A DNA stretch of 64,000 nt, from contig CM035362.1 of the NCBI GenBank assembly GCA_020137815.1, forward strand, positions 3,968,001 to 4,032,000, in the 5' to 3' direction. Numbering within the stretch: the stretch's first letter is position 1; each line of letters begins with the position of its first letter. This document shows positions 32,237 through 45,428 of this stretch, in pieces. The stretch comes from Hormiphora californensis (taxonomy: Eukaryota; Animalia; Ctenophora). The notes below the pieces were generated by a model. That model saw only the letters and a list, made by a program, of their open reading frames with translations. It was not told the origin of the DNA and did no database searches. Both the position numbers and the translations under genes were made by a program.

Positions 32237-33311
32237 GGTTTTTAAAGAGGAAATGGGGATTTTGGGGCGTTATGATTGCAAAACACGTGGAACGATTTGG
32301 TGAGAATAAATTACCCATATTATAATACATTGAACAACCAATATCAATATAACTCAGATATAAAACAATCGACGGGATGCGATAAAACTTTCTTTGACAA
32401 AAACTTTCTAAAAACATCTGATACCAATTATATAATGTACGCTTAAACAATTAATAGAAGTATAGAACATAGACAGTAAACATGTAATAATTAAGCAGAC
32501 TTTTATGTAATCAAGAAGACTTTTAATTAGATATATACCCTGCTAACTTAAATAACCCGCCAGTGGCGAGAAGTCCCACTGGCGCGCTCTCAATAAACAG
32601 CTAGTCCAGCGGCAGATTATTTCCCACTGGCAGGTTATTTATTATTAACTCCTATGTTACATTCAAAGTGAGTGTAAATGATCAGTTCTTACTGAAATAC
32701 AGAGGGAACACTATTTGCAAGAGTTACACACTACATTGGAGAGAAAGAAAGAACACATTCCGTCAATTACTCTCTCTTTATCTCCCCTTCTTTCTCACTA
32801 TCTCAATTCCTCTGTGTTATGTCTGGCATGCCCCATATCTTGTTATTTCTTTCTCTCTCTCCTTAGTAACTGTTACCAAACACTATACACTCAATTGAGA
32901 GATGTTTTTGACTGTTTCTCAGTTCTCTTTGTGTGTTTTCGTTAGTGTTCTCTCTCTTGTTATTGTGTAATACTTGAAACAAACGACTAAAGCAGGGTAT
33001 ATAACCCATAAACTCTGACCAATGGCACGTTATTGGTTTAAACCCCTCCGCCTCTCCCTCGGCTACGCCTCGGGATCGTCGTCGTGATTTAAACCAGTTT
33101 ATCCGCCACTGGCGGATAAACTACAGCTACCTTCTCCCAGCGGCGCGCTGGGAGAAAGGTATCTGAAATAACGTGCCAGTGGCCAGAGTTTATGCCTCAT
33201 ATATGTAATCAAGAAGACGTTTAATTAGATATATGTAATCAAGAAGACTTTTAATTAGATATGCGACGGTAAAAATAACAGTTCTCTCTCTCCACTCTCA
33301 CTTCCTTCACA

Positions 33312-33888
33312 CTACAAGAATATCTTCTTGTACTGGGCATCAATCAGTTCATCAAATCCCATCTTGTAGATGTTAGAGAGAGGATTACCAGATGGACCTC
33401 CAGGTAGTATTGTTTCTAGGAAGTTGCTCGCTAAATCCGTCACCATCCGCCAGGACTGAAACAAAGGGGGTGAAGTAGCGGTCTGAGTGGACTGGGGGGG
33501 GGGGGGGTTGTAGTGAAGTAGTGGTTGGACCAGTCCGAGTGGGGGGGGAGGGGGGAGGGGCGGGGAGGGGGAGGGGCGGGGAGGGGGGGGGGGGTGAAGT
33601 AGTGGACAGTATACAGCAATGGGTTGTGACTTGTGAAGTTTAGGTGAAGTAGTGAACACATATATATAATGTCTTGGTGAAGTGACTAGAGAAAGTAATG
33701 GTGATAGTCACGGATTGAACAGCTACAGAGAGCTCTCTTCTTCTCTACCTCTCTCTCTTTTTGGGTTTGTCTTGGAGAGGTGTACGGCTATACTACTTTA
33801 TTTATAGAAGTCACGATTCATTCAATAACCCGACGGGCGATATAATGGCCCATTATAAGGGTTAGATCGATTCAGTTATTCGGAGAGC

Positions 33889-33969
<81 letters not shown>

Positions 33970-36900
33970 CCGAGAGAGAGACCGAGAGACCGAGAGAGAG
34001 AGAGAGAGAGAGAGACCGAGAAAGAGAGAAGAGAGACCGAGAAAGAGAGAGAGGGGTAGAGACTAGAGAGAGGGGTAGAGAGAAAGAGAGCTCTCTTTTC
34101 AATCCGTGACTATCACCATTACCTTCCAACCGATCTATATCTGTCGTAGTAACTAGTATCGCAATAACATTGTTTCTGTTCTAACCCTCCCGAAATACAG
34201 TCTAGCCAGGCAAGCAATAACATTGTTTCTGCTTATCCGTGAAATGTTCCTGTTCTATTTTCTTGTTCTTCCAATCTTGGCATCAGGAGGAGATCTACCA
34301 AACCGAAGTAAGTGAAAATTAAAAAACTTTTTTGTGTTAGTTGCGCCTTTCTCGTTGTAGCAAAAGGAACACCACCAGGAAAATCCGTTTTTTTCACTAC
34401 AGTCAGACATCGATTTACCGGGATGCTCGGGGGAAAGGGTTTTGCCCGGTAAATCGGGGTGCCCGGTATATCGGGGTGAAATACTGATATTTTTCTATAT
34501 CGGGGGAAGTTTATCCTCCCGGTAAATCGGGGTTCCGGTAAATCGGGGCCCGGTAAATCTGGGTCCGACTGTATTATATTATTACTGCTTCCACCTTCAA
34601 AATAAGCCCACATTCCAAAACCAGCTCTAGAGGTTAATGAAGATGAGATTCGCCCAGATAGCTATGGGCAGCTTGCGTCCTACGAAGGAAATCCATCCCT
34701 TTACGACACCAAGTTTAGCCTTGACAAAGATCTCTCTACTGTGGCTGCGTCCACAGAATATTGGGGCAACAATACTATGTGGTTCACCTTTAGGAAGACC
34801 GTCATTGTCAACAAGATAGTGATTTACAACAAGTTCAGAACAAACTGGTAAGGTCCCATCGATCTCACTGAAATATCAGCTAATAAATTATCCGTTAAAC
34901 CCCATAACAATGCGATAATTCCATCTAGGTTTGACCCTGAGTTTTTCTGTGTCGCTTCTGATTTCAACTGGCAGACATGTTTGGCGTTTGAGGAAAACTG
35001 GAAACTTACAGCACAGCGAGGGGCTGAAGAGGTACAATATATATTGTATATGTATTAATTTCTTTAGTAAACACTGTTTGGTATATCTGTTTGGTTTCAT
35101 TATTCACACCAATGGTGTTGGCGGGTGTGACATGACATCGAAGACGCTCATTTATCACCCGCCAACACCATTGGTGTGAATAATGAATCCAAACAGATAT
35201 ACTACCCCACCAGGCACCAGCCTCCACCATCTCATTCAAACTGTTTGGTTTAGTTCACTCTGGTTCTAACTAATTAATTAAATCTTCACCCCACCCTGGG
35301 TAGATAGTGGGTGTCGGGTGATTTTATAAAAAGGGGTGCTTACCAATTACCACACTTTATATCCTAACACGGAACACCTTTACTAAATCCCAACACCCAT
35401 TACTAAATCCCATCACACAGGTTGGAGTGCTCGAGGATAGATTCATGGTGAACCGGAGTCCTGATCAGGCTGACCAAATCTACACCTACCCTTGTGGACT
35501 GTTATTGGACCAACTGGTCTTCTACAAAACATCGGGTCAAATTGTGTTCTCAGAGATTGTGTTTTTCGGGAAGTACTTTGGTAAGTTTGTACCAGGAACC
35601 GACCTAATCAGGAAATACTGGTCCCTGATTGGCTGATAACCAGTCACGTGACCTAAATAACGAGTCCTGATTGGTTGTTTACTTGTTTCGGTCAGTTCCT
35701 GCTCTAATTTGAGAGACCGAAATTACATGTACAATGTTCCACCGACGACCGAGACTTGACTTAATATCACTCTCCAGTCTTGACCGACTAAATACCGAAT
35801 ATAACACTACATAGTTGATCACTCTTCATTCATCGGTAAAAATTCTAAACTTCCTTAACACTCAGATAATAATAATAATAATTATTATTATAACACTCAG
35901 ATATATATACCGCGTGGGCCAATAAAAAGGGAGGGTCTTAAATCTTAGATTTCTCGGGCAGCTTAATTTCAATGGTTCTGAAATTTTGACACAATGTTGT
36001 TGAGCTTATGCCAGATATGTGTACAGAGTTTCAAGTCCAAAAATGCAGAAATTCATTAATGAACCGAAATTCCTTTTTTTATAGTTAATTGGAGGTTTTC
36101 CCTTGTTCCAAGTCGATTTGGATCGCAAAATTGCAGCCACTCAATAGTATTAACATTTTTCAATGGCAATCTGAAATTTCATTGAAAATGAATAAAGTTT
36201 AGTGGGTGAAATTAATGAATTAAAAATGATCATTTTTTCAAAAAACATATTTTCGCTGAAAATGAGAAATTTGCACTGTAGAGATGAAATCAAAACCTAG
36301 CTGGGTTATGCTTTAATCATTTAAGTTCATTCTGGTATGAAAAACTGTTAAATTAAAAAAATTAATTTTTTTTAAATTTTCAAATTTTCGTTAATAACTG
36401 CATAAATTAACATTTAACCGATAGTTCATTAACAAACCGTTAGTTGAGACATTAGCAAATCGAAACCTTGCTAATGGAAGCTTACCAATGCCTATACTGA
36501 TTGGTAACAACAAGCGTAATGTGACCTCCATGTAAGCAAGAAAAAACGTAATCAGGTTGTTACAAAATCATGTTAGCAAGATTGCAATATGTCTCGAATT
36601 TCCTTTGTTGTACCCAGTATCACATATCCGGCGTGGAGTGCAAAAGAGGTCCCTAAAAAACGGGGAAAAAACGAATAGAGAAAACCTACATTGGCTTAAA
36701 ATCATGAATTTAGGGTCATTAATGAATTTTTGCATTTTTGGACTTGAAACTCTGTACACATATCTGGCATAAGCTCATGAACATTGTGTCAAAATTTCAG
36801 AACCATTGGAATTAAGGTGCCGGAGAAATCTAAGATTTAAGACCCTCCCTTTTTATTGGCCCACGCGGTACACTGATCTGTATCCAATACATATATCCAA

Positions 36901-39900
36901 TAACCTGTAGCCAAATTGATCTGGTCACTAGTGATATATGTGTATGGTACTGAGATCTACTGACAACTGTTTGAGCTCCCAACTAGCCTTTAGGCACGGT
37001 GTACCCTCTCTTGTCAGGGAGGGAGAGAATGAGTGAAAGGGAGAGAAAAGTGGGGATCTAATGCCCGAAACTAACCTGTGACCCATAGATATACCCTCCA
37101 TGTGGTTTATCCCTCCTGACCCCCACACAAACACATTCCTCACAGTGGGTGGTGGGCCTTGTAGCTGTATCGAGCCCCAACCATGAGGGTAGTTTTCCAC
37201 CGAATAGAATGTTTACCATTTTCAGCTGCTCGATATCACCATACGTTTCACCCTGAAGTGTTTTTGGGATTTAGCTGTCACGTTTTTTGTAGGCCGAAAC
37301 AGCAGGTCAAGTCGGCATTGTACCCGCGCAGCTAGAGAGAAGAGATACCTAAACAAAAGAATTTTAACAGAACCCTAAAGACTCTAAAACAGAATACCTA
37401 CAGAACACCTAAAGAACACCTGCAGAACACCTACATTATACTCGGCATGTGTGTCTGCCAGTGATTTCCTGACAACTTCCTCAGTAAGGTATTTATCAGA
37501 CCGTACCATACTGTCGACTATCTTCAGGGTCGCATAGGACAAATACTTTAGGTACTTGTCAAGACGCTCTGAAATGTTGAAATTTGAGGATGACAGCTCT
37601 ACAAATAAAATATTTGAATGATTTCGGCTAAACTATTTCAGGCGTAACCCGGTATTTGGGGGTTCTAGTATTTAATTAATTAACTAATTATGTAGTAATT
37701 AATTACTCCCCTCAATTATTGTGGGTATTTTACCTGGAGCCAATCTTGTCCCTAGGATGTTTCTGGCGAGATTTCTGTGAAGGATCTTGAAGAATGCAGC
37801 AGGTTTGGAGTCAAGTGTTGAAAACATGTCCCACTGTTTTAATTCACCCTCGATACCTAGATAAAGTAATTTTAATGTATCTCCTTCTGCTGTAGATAGA
37901 AGAGAAAGAATAAGGATCGGTTGATTGTTTATTAGCTGCATAATCAGTGAATAAATCTGGATTTCTCTATCAATTCGTCCAGCAGGAAGGAGAAATCAAG
38001 ATAGTAGACACACACACTGAATACAATTCCTAGGATTCAGATCTTATCAACAGGGAGAAGACACGAAAAAAAACAGGGAGTTTGGCAGTCAAATTGCAAG
38101 GAAAAGAAACTGAAAATTATACAAGGTGATTTAATTCTCTGTACATATACCTTCGTCAGATAGAAGATGTCCAATTCTACCTAGAACCATGTCAGTCCGG
38201 AGAGAGTGGGTGTCAGACTGAAACTTCTTAAAATCATCAGCTGTGAACTTTTCCTTGCTGGCCAGGAGTTGGGCAACCCTGAAATAAAGTCACACCGAGA
38301 GTTAGTGTGTGTAGTTAGTGTATAAACAGAGTTCATTATTAAGGTGGTACTATAGTGACACAAAACTGGAGCTATATTTATTATACCTGTCATAACGGTA
38401 ATTGAGAGGTAATTATACCTGTCATAACGGTAATTGGGAGGTAATTATACCTGTCATAACGGTAATTGAGAGGTAATTATACCTGTCATAACGGTAATTG
38501 AGAGGTAATTATACCTGTCATAACGGTAATTGAGAGGTAATTATACCTGTCATAACGGTAATTGAGAGGTAATTATACCTGTCATAACGGTAATTGGGAG
38601 GTAATTATACCTGTCATAACGGTAATTGAGAGGTAATTATACCTGTCATAACGGTAATTTAGAGGTAATTATACCTGTCATAACGGTAATTGGGAGGTAA
38701 TTATACCTGTCATAACGGTAATTGAGAGGTAATTATACCTGTCATAACGGTAATTGGGGGGTAATTATACCTGTCATAACGGTAATTGGGAGGTAATTAT
38801 ACCTGTCATAACGGTAATTGAGAGGTAATTATACCTGTCATAACGGTAATTGGGAGGTAATTATACCTGTCATAACGGTAATTGAGAGGTAATTATACCT
38901 GTCATAACGGTAATTGGGAGGTAATTATACCTGTCATAACGGTAATTGAGAGGTAATTATACCTGTCATAACGGTAATTGAGAGGTAATTATACCTGTCA
39001 TAACGGTAATTGAGAGGTAATTATACCTGTCATTACGGTAATTGAGAGGTAATTATACCTGTCATAACGGTAATTGAGAGGTAATTATACCTGTCATAAC
39101 GGTAATTTAGAGGTAATTATACCTGTCATAACGGTAATTGAGAGGTAATTATACCTGTCATAACGGTAATTGGGAGGTAATTATACCTGTCATAACGGTA
39201 ATTGAGAGGTAATTATACCTGTCATAACGGTAATTGAGAGGTAATTATACCTGTCATAACGGTAATTGAGAGGTAATTATACCTGTCATAACGGTAATTG
39301 AGAGGTAATTATACCTGTCATAACGGTAATTGAGAGGTAATTATACCTGTCATAACGGTAATTGGGAGGTAATTATACCTGTCATAACGGTAATTGAGAG
39401 GTAATTATACCTGTCATAACGGTAATTGAGAGGTAATTATACCTGTCATAACGGTAATTGAGAGGTAATTATACCTGTCATAACGGTAATTGAGAGGTAA
39501 TTATACCTGTCATAACGGTAATTGAGAGGTAATTATACCTGTCATAACGGTAATTGGGAGGTAATTATACCTGTCATAACGGTAATTGAGAGGTAATTAT
39601 ACCTGTCATAACGGTAATTGAGAGGTAATTATACCTGTCATAACGGTAATTGAGAGGTAATTATACCTGTCATAACGGTAATTGAGAGGTAATTATACCT
39701 GTCATAACGGTAATTGGGAGGTAATTATACCTGTCATAACGGTAATTGAGAGGTAATTATACCTGTCATAACGGTAATTGAGAGGTAATTATACCTGTCA
39801 TAACGGTAATTGAGAGGTAATTATACCTGTCATAACGGTAATTGAGAGGTAATTATACCTGTCATAACGGTAATTGAGAGGTAATTATACCTGTCATAAC

Positions 39901-41696
39901 GGTAATTGAGAGGTAATTATACCTGTCATAACGGTAATTGGGAGGTAATTATACCTGTCATAACGGTAATTGGGAGGTAATTATACCTGTCATAACGGTA
40001 ATTGAGAGCGGAGAATGTAGTCGAGATGGGTTTATCGGGGTCCTGGAACAAATTGTTCGCTGTCGCTAGCCACCCTTCCTCCGGGTTAACAATGCTCATA
40101 TAGTCGTCACCTGTGTAGTGGTGGGGATCATATTATAGGGGAGATAGATGACATGTTACAGGTAACTTATATTAGTGGTGTGACGTCATTGGTCACACAC
40201 TTACCTGACAGGTAACCCTTCCAATGATTAGCCGTATCCCACGCAGGAAGGGGTATCAGCCCAGTTGCAGTGGATCTGAGGGGCACAAAACCACTCTGCT
40301 GGTACGCAATGTTTCCCTGAGAAATATAGACACTTTTTACCGAGCCACTAAACTCCATGGTATTTAATTAAGAAGCTGAAGTATATTTTACCAAATAATA
40401 TGCTGAGTCACACACCTGACTATCCGCAAAAAGAAAGTTAAGGCCAGCTAAATTCCTGGCAACCAATTTCCTCGCTTCCTCCACATTTTTACAGGTAGGT
40501 AATTTGTGAAACACCTCTGACATGATAATCTCACCCTCAAGGGGCATCGCAAATGACGTGGCTAGGAACTTCCCATCTCGAATTGGTTGCTTAGATGCCT
40601 CCAGGTTTCGTTCAATTGTGTTTCCCTCCGCCGTATCATAAAAGTAGTACGTCTCCCCGGCGATCTCAACAACGCGTCCTTTCAGCTGTAGGAACACCCC
40701 ATCACGTTCATATTTCCCATCCTTAACATTTTCCACGAAATAATCGGACATATCTAGCATACCAAAGGTGAGAGTTGCCGTGATATCTTGAGTTCTACCA
40801 AACATCGTGGTTGGGATTGATGTTATTCCAATACCAAATAGATCAAAACCTTTTCCATCTGTATAGTGTAGTTCGTGAAAGAATCCAGGAAGCCTCGACA
40901 CATCCATGTGGGGGTCCGATGCCATGATGGGCTTTCCACTTTCCGTTCTTTTCCCGGACACTACCCAGTTGTTACTGTTTATCATCTTAGGAACCTCGCT
41001 CAGATCGTGATCTGCAAAGGGCCGGAAATCCGATATTGATCGATAAATTTCAATAAGTTCATCCGTTAGATTAGTGTAGTGAGGAGCAAACACTTCTGTA
41101 AGTAAATCCCTGTTATCCGTTTCACGGAGAATCTCAAGACCCAACTTTTCAACTTGAAGGAAAATGTCGTTGAGCCCGGCGTATGCTACAAATTTAAACA
41201 TTGACATAACATCAACGGGGGTAAATAACTCAGGGTGGTAGTTGAGTAAAACGAACTCTAAAGGGCGAGGGTTATTGGACATCCAAGAATTAATACCATC
41301 CACATAGTGCTGGTACACAGCTAAAGACTCCTTGGGTATAGAATCATAATTCGCCTTACTTCTCCCATACACATTCATCTGTTGTGCCTTGATGTCTGTG
41401 TCTAGAGAGGCTCTACTGAAGGGCAAGTACTTGGTTAATAGACCCTGGGATGCGAGACGAATCAGACACAACTGTACGTATCTATCGTGGGCCTGAATCC
41501 ACCCAATGGCCTTGAAGAAATCTTCATCACGATTTCCCCCCGTTGCTTTGAAATACATCCCCTCGGCCCGTGTAAAGTTTATCTGTGAGCCGGTGATGTT
41601 GGTCATGTAGGTCTTCCCAACGTATTCATACTCCCAACTAATCTGTGAAACTAATACAGCCAGGAAACCGGCGAGCAGCCACAAAATCTTGTTCAT
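33312..41696 (-). CDS. Penicillin acylase / acyl-homoserine-lactone acylase family Ntn-hydrolase (peptidase S45), 8 coding exons, about 740 aa, N-terminal hydrophobic signal
   Basis: Exons 41696-40416, 40316-40205, 40110-39987, 38278-38151, 37856-37734, 37568-37435, 37252-37076 and 33455-33312 sum to 2223 nt in frame. Motifs: GWIQAHDRYVQL, PLEFVLL, catalytic SNNWVVSGKRTESGKPIMASDPHM, FADSQGNIAY, NPEEGWLATANN, SWRMVTDL..PGGPSGNPLS. Confidence 0.9.
33890..34090. repeat. (GA)n microsatellite inside a degenerate inverted-repeat element (about 33694-34123)
   Basis: gtaatggtgatagtcacggattgaa and ttcaatccgtgactatcaccattacc flank the tract. Confidence 0.8.
34244..35791 (+). CDS. Secreted protein of about 187 aa (possible galactose-binding/discoidin/F-lectin-like fold), nested antisense in the last acylase intron
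   Basis: Exons 34244-34307, 34625-34847, 34929-35031, 35421-35580 and 35778-35791 total 564 nt in frame. Signal peptide MFLFYFLVLPILASG; motifs LDKDLST, VNKIVIYNKFRTNWFDP, DQIYTYPC, IVFSEIV. The fold assignment is inference. Confidence 0.8.
35082..35200. mobile_element. Small hairpin MITE
   Basis: tatatctgtttgg.ttcattattcacaccaatggtgttggcgggtg followed by its reverse complement. Confidence 0.7.
35910..36868. mobile_element. Non-autonomous Tc1/mariner-like element
   Basis: About 160-bp TIRs CCGCGTGGGCCAATAAAAAGGG..., flanked by TA on both sides; no transposase ORF. Confidence 0.85.
38381..40008 (-). repeat. 32-bp minisatellite (about 51 copies), each unit containing the acylase exon-3 end and donor site
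   Basis: Minus-strand unit c(t/c)caattaccgttatgacag|gtataattacct; the real junction is at 39987. Confidence 0.96.
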
Positions 41697-41849
41697 CCTG
41701 AAATAAGTCATCATGTTCAAGGAGAGGATTTGGCCTGTTCTTAGTTCTAGTTTGTTAGTACTGTCGTAAAATTACTGGCAATTAGGAGATGTGCATTATT
41801 TTGCAAATTGCAAGTCAGCGTCGGCCGTCGAGGGAGAAAAAAGTTGTAA

Positions 41850-42000
41850 TGAGGCCCCTCGGAAATGTTCAAGTCATGCACAATCAAGTCACGCCCACCA
41901 ATCACAGCTCAGAACGCGCGAAGCACTCCGCGCGTTCTGAGCTGTGATTGGTGGGCGCGACTTGATTGTGCATGACTTGAACATTTCCGAGGGGCCTCAT
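41850..42000. mobile_element. About 150-bp palindromic MITE (second copy at 43433-43584)
   Basis: ATGAGGCCCCTCGGAAATGTTCAAG...CTTGAACATTTCCGAGGGGCCTCAT; a different hairpin element follows at about 42018-42225. Confidence 0.85.
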
Positions 42001-42370
42001 TTGTAAAGTCTGACTTTAAATAACTGTCGTTTTTACCGCACTCGATTTTGCTCTATTATTACAATAACTCCGGTTCCTGATGAGATAAAGACTTGAAACT
42101 TGGGGGCTGCGAAGAACATGCTAAGTTCTTCCTAACCTCCAAATTTCAAGTCTCTATCTTATGAGCAACTGGAGATATTGTCATAATAGAGCAAAATCGA
42201 GTGCGGTAAAAACGACAGTTATTTAATAATAATAATAATAATAGTAACAGTTTATATCCCGCACTGACACAGTTTGTATACAGACAACTCGTTTTCCTTA
42301 ATTTGAAAGGGACTGCAGTAGACTGCCTGCTCCTAGCACGGTTCTCTGATAACGGTGAGTTAGTGGGGAA

Positions 42371-43327
42371 CTATCCCACTTGGATAACGTTATTGCGGAT
42401 GAAATAGCAGCCGTCAGGATCTTCTGATCGTATCCGCTTCAAAGTGGACCTTAGAGCTCTTTGCTCTTTCAGTTCAGAGGGCGTAAGATTCGGAGAGAGA
42501 TAAACAGCCGAAAACTGTTCAGAGTCTTTGAGGTTTCGTGCCTTTCTGAGGAGCGCGAGGAGAGTCGCTCTCTTCTCCAGGGATACTAAGAGCGGTCTAG
42601 GGCGCTTCTCATTTCTTTCGCCGATGCGTTTCATCGTAGTCACTTTCGGTTTCTCTTTTAATTCCTCAAAAAGTTCGTCTAATGTAGTTTTAGCCACTCT
42701 ATCGGTTGTTTCTGGGAGACCAAACACAACCATGTTCTTCTCTCTTCCGGGCTGTTGGACGGGAGTAGGATGATTCATTGGTAGTGGTTTTCTCACTTTG
42801 GGGGAGGTTGCAGCACAATTCTGTGCTAGCACAGTAGAGTAGGCTTTCACCTTCTGCACCGATGCTGTCACTGTACTGAGCTGTTGCTTCTGGTGGTTGA
42901 TAACCGTTTGCTGAAGCTCGATCACGCTAACCCGATGGCGGTCAAGTTCTTCTTTACATTCACGAAGCTGTTTCTCGAGGTTTTCCGCACTGATAACCGT
43001 TTCAAAATTGTTCATTGTTGCTCGGGCAAGTTTCATACTGGAGAGAAAAATACGCGAAGTAGCCTCGATTATTTCACTCGTAGTTCGGTCCTTGAGACAA
43101 TGTCTAAAGTACGAACCCCAATGCTTGCTAGGCGAAGCTAAGCTGTCGTTGGTTAACATTGAATCGGGTGCAGCTTGAATCGATCTATAACATTGAGTAA
43201 ACTCATCTGGTGCGATGTTCGTCGTGTTGTCCGAATTCAACAGATAAACTTCAGAAACAAAGTCATCCACTGTCTCTTCTAATCGTTTTATCACAGGGTT
43301 ATCGCCCTCGTACTTCGCTTCCGACAT
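42371..43327 (-). mobile_element. LINE ORF1-type protein (CR1/L2 group; coiled coil plus RRM-like domain) in an ORF2-deleted element (about 42224-43430)
   Basis: Motifs REKNMVVFGLPE, RIGERNEKRPRPLLV and VYLSPNLTPSELKEQRALR. Downstream there is only a stub (SCLYTNCVS) and an (ATT)n tail. Confidence 0.8.
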
Positions 43328-43962
43328 TATCAACGTTTCGTTTTTTCTGCCCTTCGGGGCTGTTACATCGGATTCATCTTCCTGCTCAAATTAATTTGTT
43401 TAAAGTAGTGTTGAAAAGTTTGAAATCAGACTATGAGGCCCCTCGGAAATGTTCAAGTCATGCACAATCAAGTCACGCCCACCAATCACAGCGCAGAACG
43501 CGTGAAGCACTCCGCGCGTTCTGAGCTGTGATTGGTGGGCGTGACTTGATTGTGCATGACTTGAACATTTCCGAGGGGCCTCATAAAAGGAAAAAAATGT
43601 GTGGAATTTTCTTGTTTTAAATTTTGAAATTTTTATTTCCAGAAACACACTTTTTGCGTTGGCCTATGCTACAGGCCTAGAAGTTGGCCTATGCTACAGG
43701 CCCTAGAAGCCGTGGAAAACGCGCGCACTTGGGGTCTGCAGCGCATGCCAAGCCTAGAAGCCGTGGAAAACGCGCGCACTTGGGGCCTGCAGCGCATGCC
43801 AACTTTTTGCGCGGCGTCGTTGGCGCGCAAAACATTGAAAACTGCGCGGCGCGCTGAGTAAAAAAATAAAAGTTTCCGAAATGAATTTTTCCGGAAGGTC
43901 TGGAAATTTCCTCCTTTTTCCCCAGCCAACGAGTGTAACGTTTGACCTCTCCTTCCCTCAAC

Positions 43963-45428
43963 ATGAAAGTGTTTATTGACCGTGTCACCAGTAAGTTATA
44001 TCATTGACGCCTCACTCTCAAGTGCCTTGCTATGGATTGAAGTTTAATTAGTGTTTTTGGAACAATTCTTACAATTTTCCGCTCCAGGCGCTGATCACAT
44101 CACCGATGCCTATCCCCACACCGTGGAATTTGGTGGTGCCATCCTGAAGTTCCCCTGCAAGGTAAAATCACAACTCTATCTACAGCCTTCTTAGCAAAAC
44201 TATTCATCTCCAATGGGAAGATAACAATACTGATTATGACGTTGCTATGAGTTTGTCAATTTAAACAGACCAAGGTGACATTCTGTGACACCTCTCTCTC
44301 TCTCAGTGGGGAATGTTCTCCGACAACGAGGACATTGTCCTTGCAGGAGAGAACCCCTCTGCCGAGGCAGATGATATGGGTGGTTCTGATGAGACCCGAG
44401 TGAGGGCTATTAACCTGGTTCACATGAACGGTCTCGTTGAGTGTGATTTCATGACAAAGGGCGCCTTCAAGGTATGTTACTATCAGTAAAAACATTTCGA
44501 TACATTACCTCTCCTTGATCTCTAACATTTCTTTAGCTAAAATCCCATTTATCCCCCCATCCATTGAGATTATTATTTATCCACGGAGAGCTAGAGGGAA
44601 GGATTGATTTCTCCATCTGTCACTAATCCCTATCCCCATTTATCCCTCCCTCCTTTTTCTCTATCTCTATCTTTATCTCTAAATTTCATCTCTTTTTCTT
44701 TAGGAGTGGATCAAGGAGGGTCGAGCTGAGATGGAGGCCTACCTGAAGAAAGATATCCAGGTCGCCAACGAGTTCACCGTAAGTGCAGCAAGTTTAGGGA
44801 AACCTTCCCAATTATTACATTTCAATCTTCCGGTAATTTATGGAACAGAAAACAGTGAAATAATTGGAAATGTTTTCCCTCTCTTGGATTGGAAATTAGT
44901 TTCCTATTTTTATAATCCGCTGTCTATAGATTCCAATTTCCATGATCTACCCTCCTATTATAACACTCTAATTATCTCTCTCTCCTATTTAGAAAAAGTC
45001 CCCGGAAGAGATTGAGGCTGAGATCGATACCACTGTCAAGGCCTGGCGGAAGGGTATCCAGGAGTGGGCCGGTATGGTACTGAAAAACTGGAAGAACGTC
45101 ATGGTCTTTTTCGTAAGTTTTATTTTCTACATTTAGCCATAACTCCACTCCCTGACGACATTTCAAGTCTCTATCTCACCTGATCTCACCAGGGAGTGGA
45201 GCTATGGCCGTTCGAAATTTCACAAAACCCAAATGAGGGTCTTTTTTGTTTGGGGCTTAGGATTGCTAGAGCAGGTGGTTGATATATCATTGTCTAAATG
45301 TATGCTAAACCTCCTCACAACAGGACAAGAACATGGACTGTGATGGTGCCAAGGCCATCTACATTGGTGACGAAGAGGGGGACAACATGTACTTTGTCAA
45401 GTGTCTGTACCGAGAGGATAAACAGTAA
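43963..45428 (+). CDS. TPT1: Translationally controlled tumor protein homolog (divergent)
   Basis: Six exons: MKVFIDRVT|SADHITDAYP...|...LAGENPSAEADD...AINLVHMNGLVECDFMTKGAFK|EWIK...|...VLKNWKNVMVFF|DKNMDCDG...YFVKCLYREDKQ*, colinear with TCTP motifs; pyrimidine-rich leader. Confidence 0.75.

Noticed and set aside
38381-40008. Regular 31-38-bp repeats (also at 9088 and 48750) resembling CRISPR arrays
   Set aside because: Units are head-to-tail with no unique spacers, there are no cas genes, and the context is a eukaryotic intron
40368-41720. Bacterial contamination as the source of the acylase ORF
   Set aside because: The gene continues through seven GT-AG introns containing host repeats and a nested host gene
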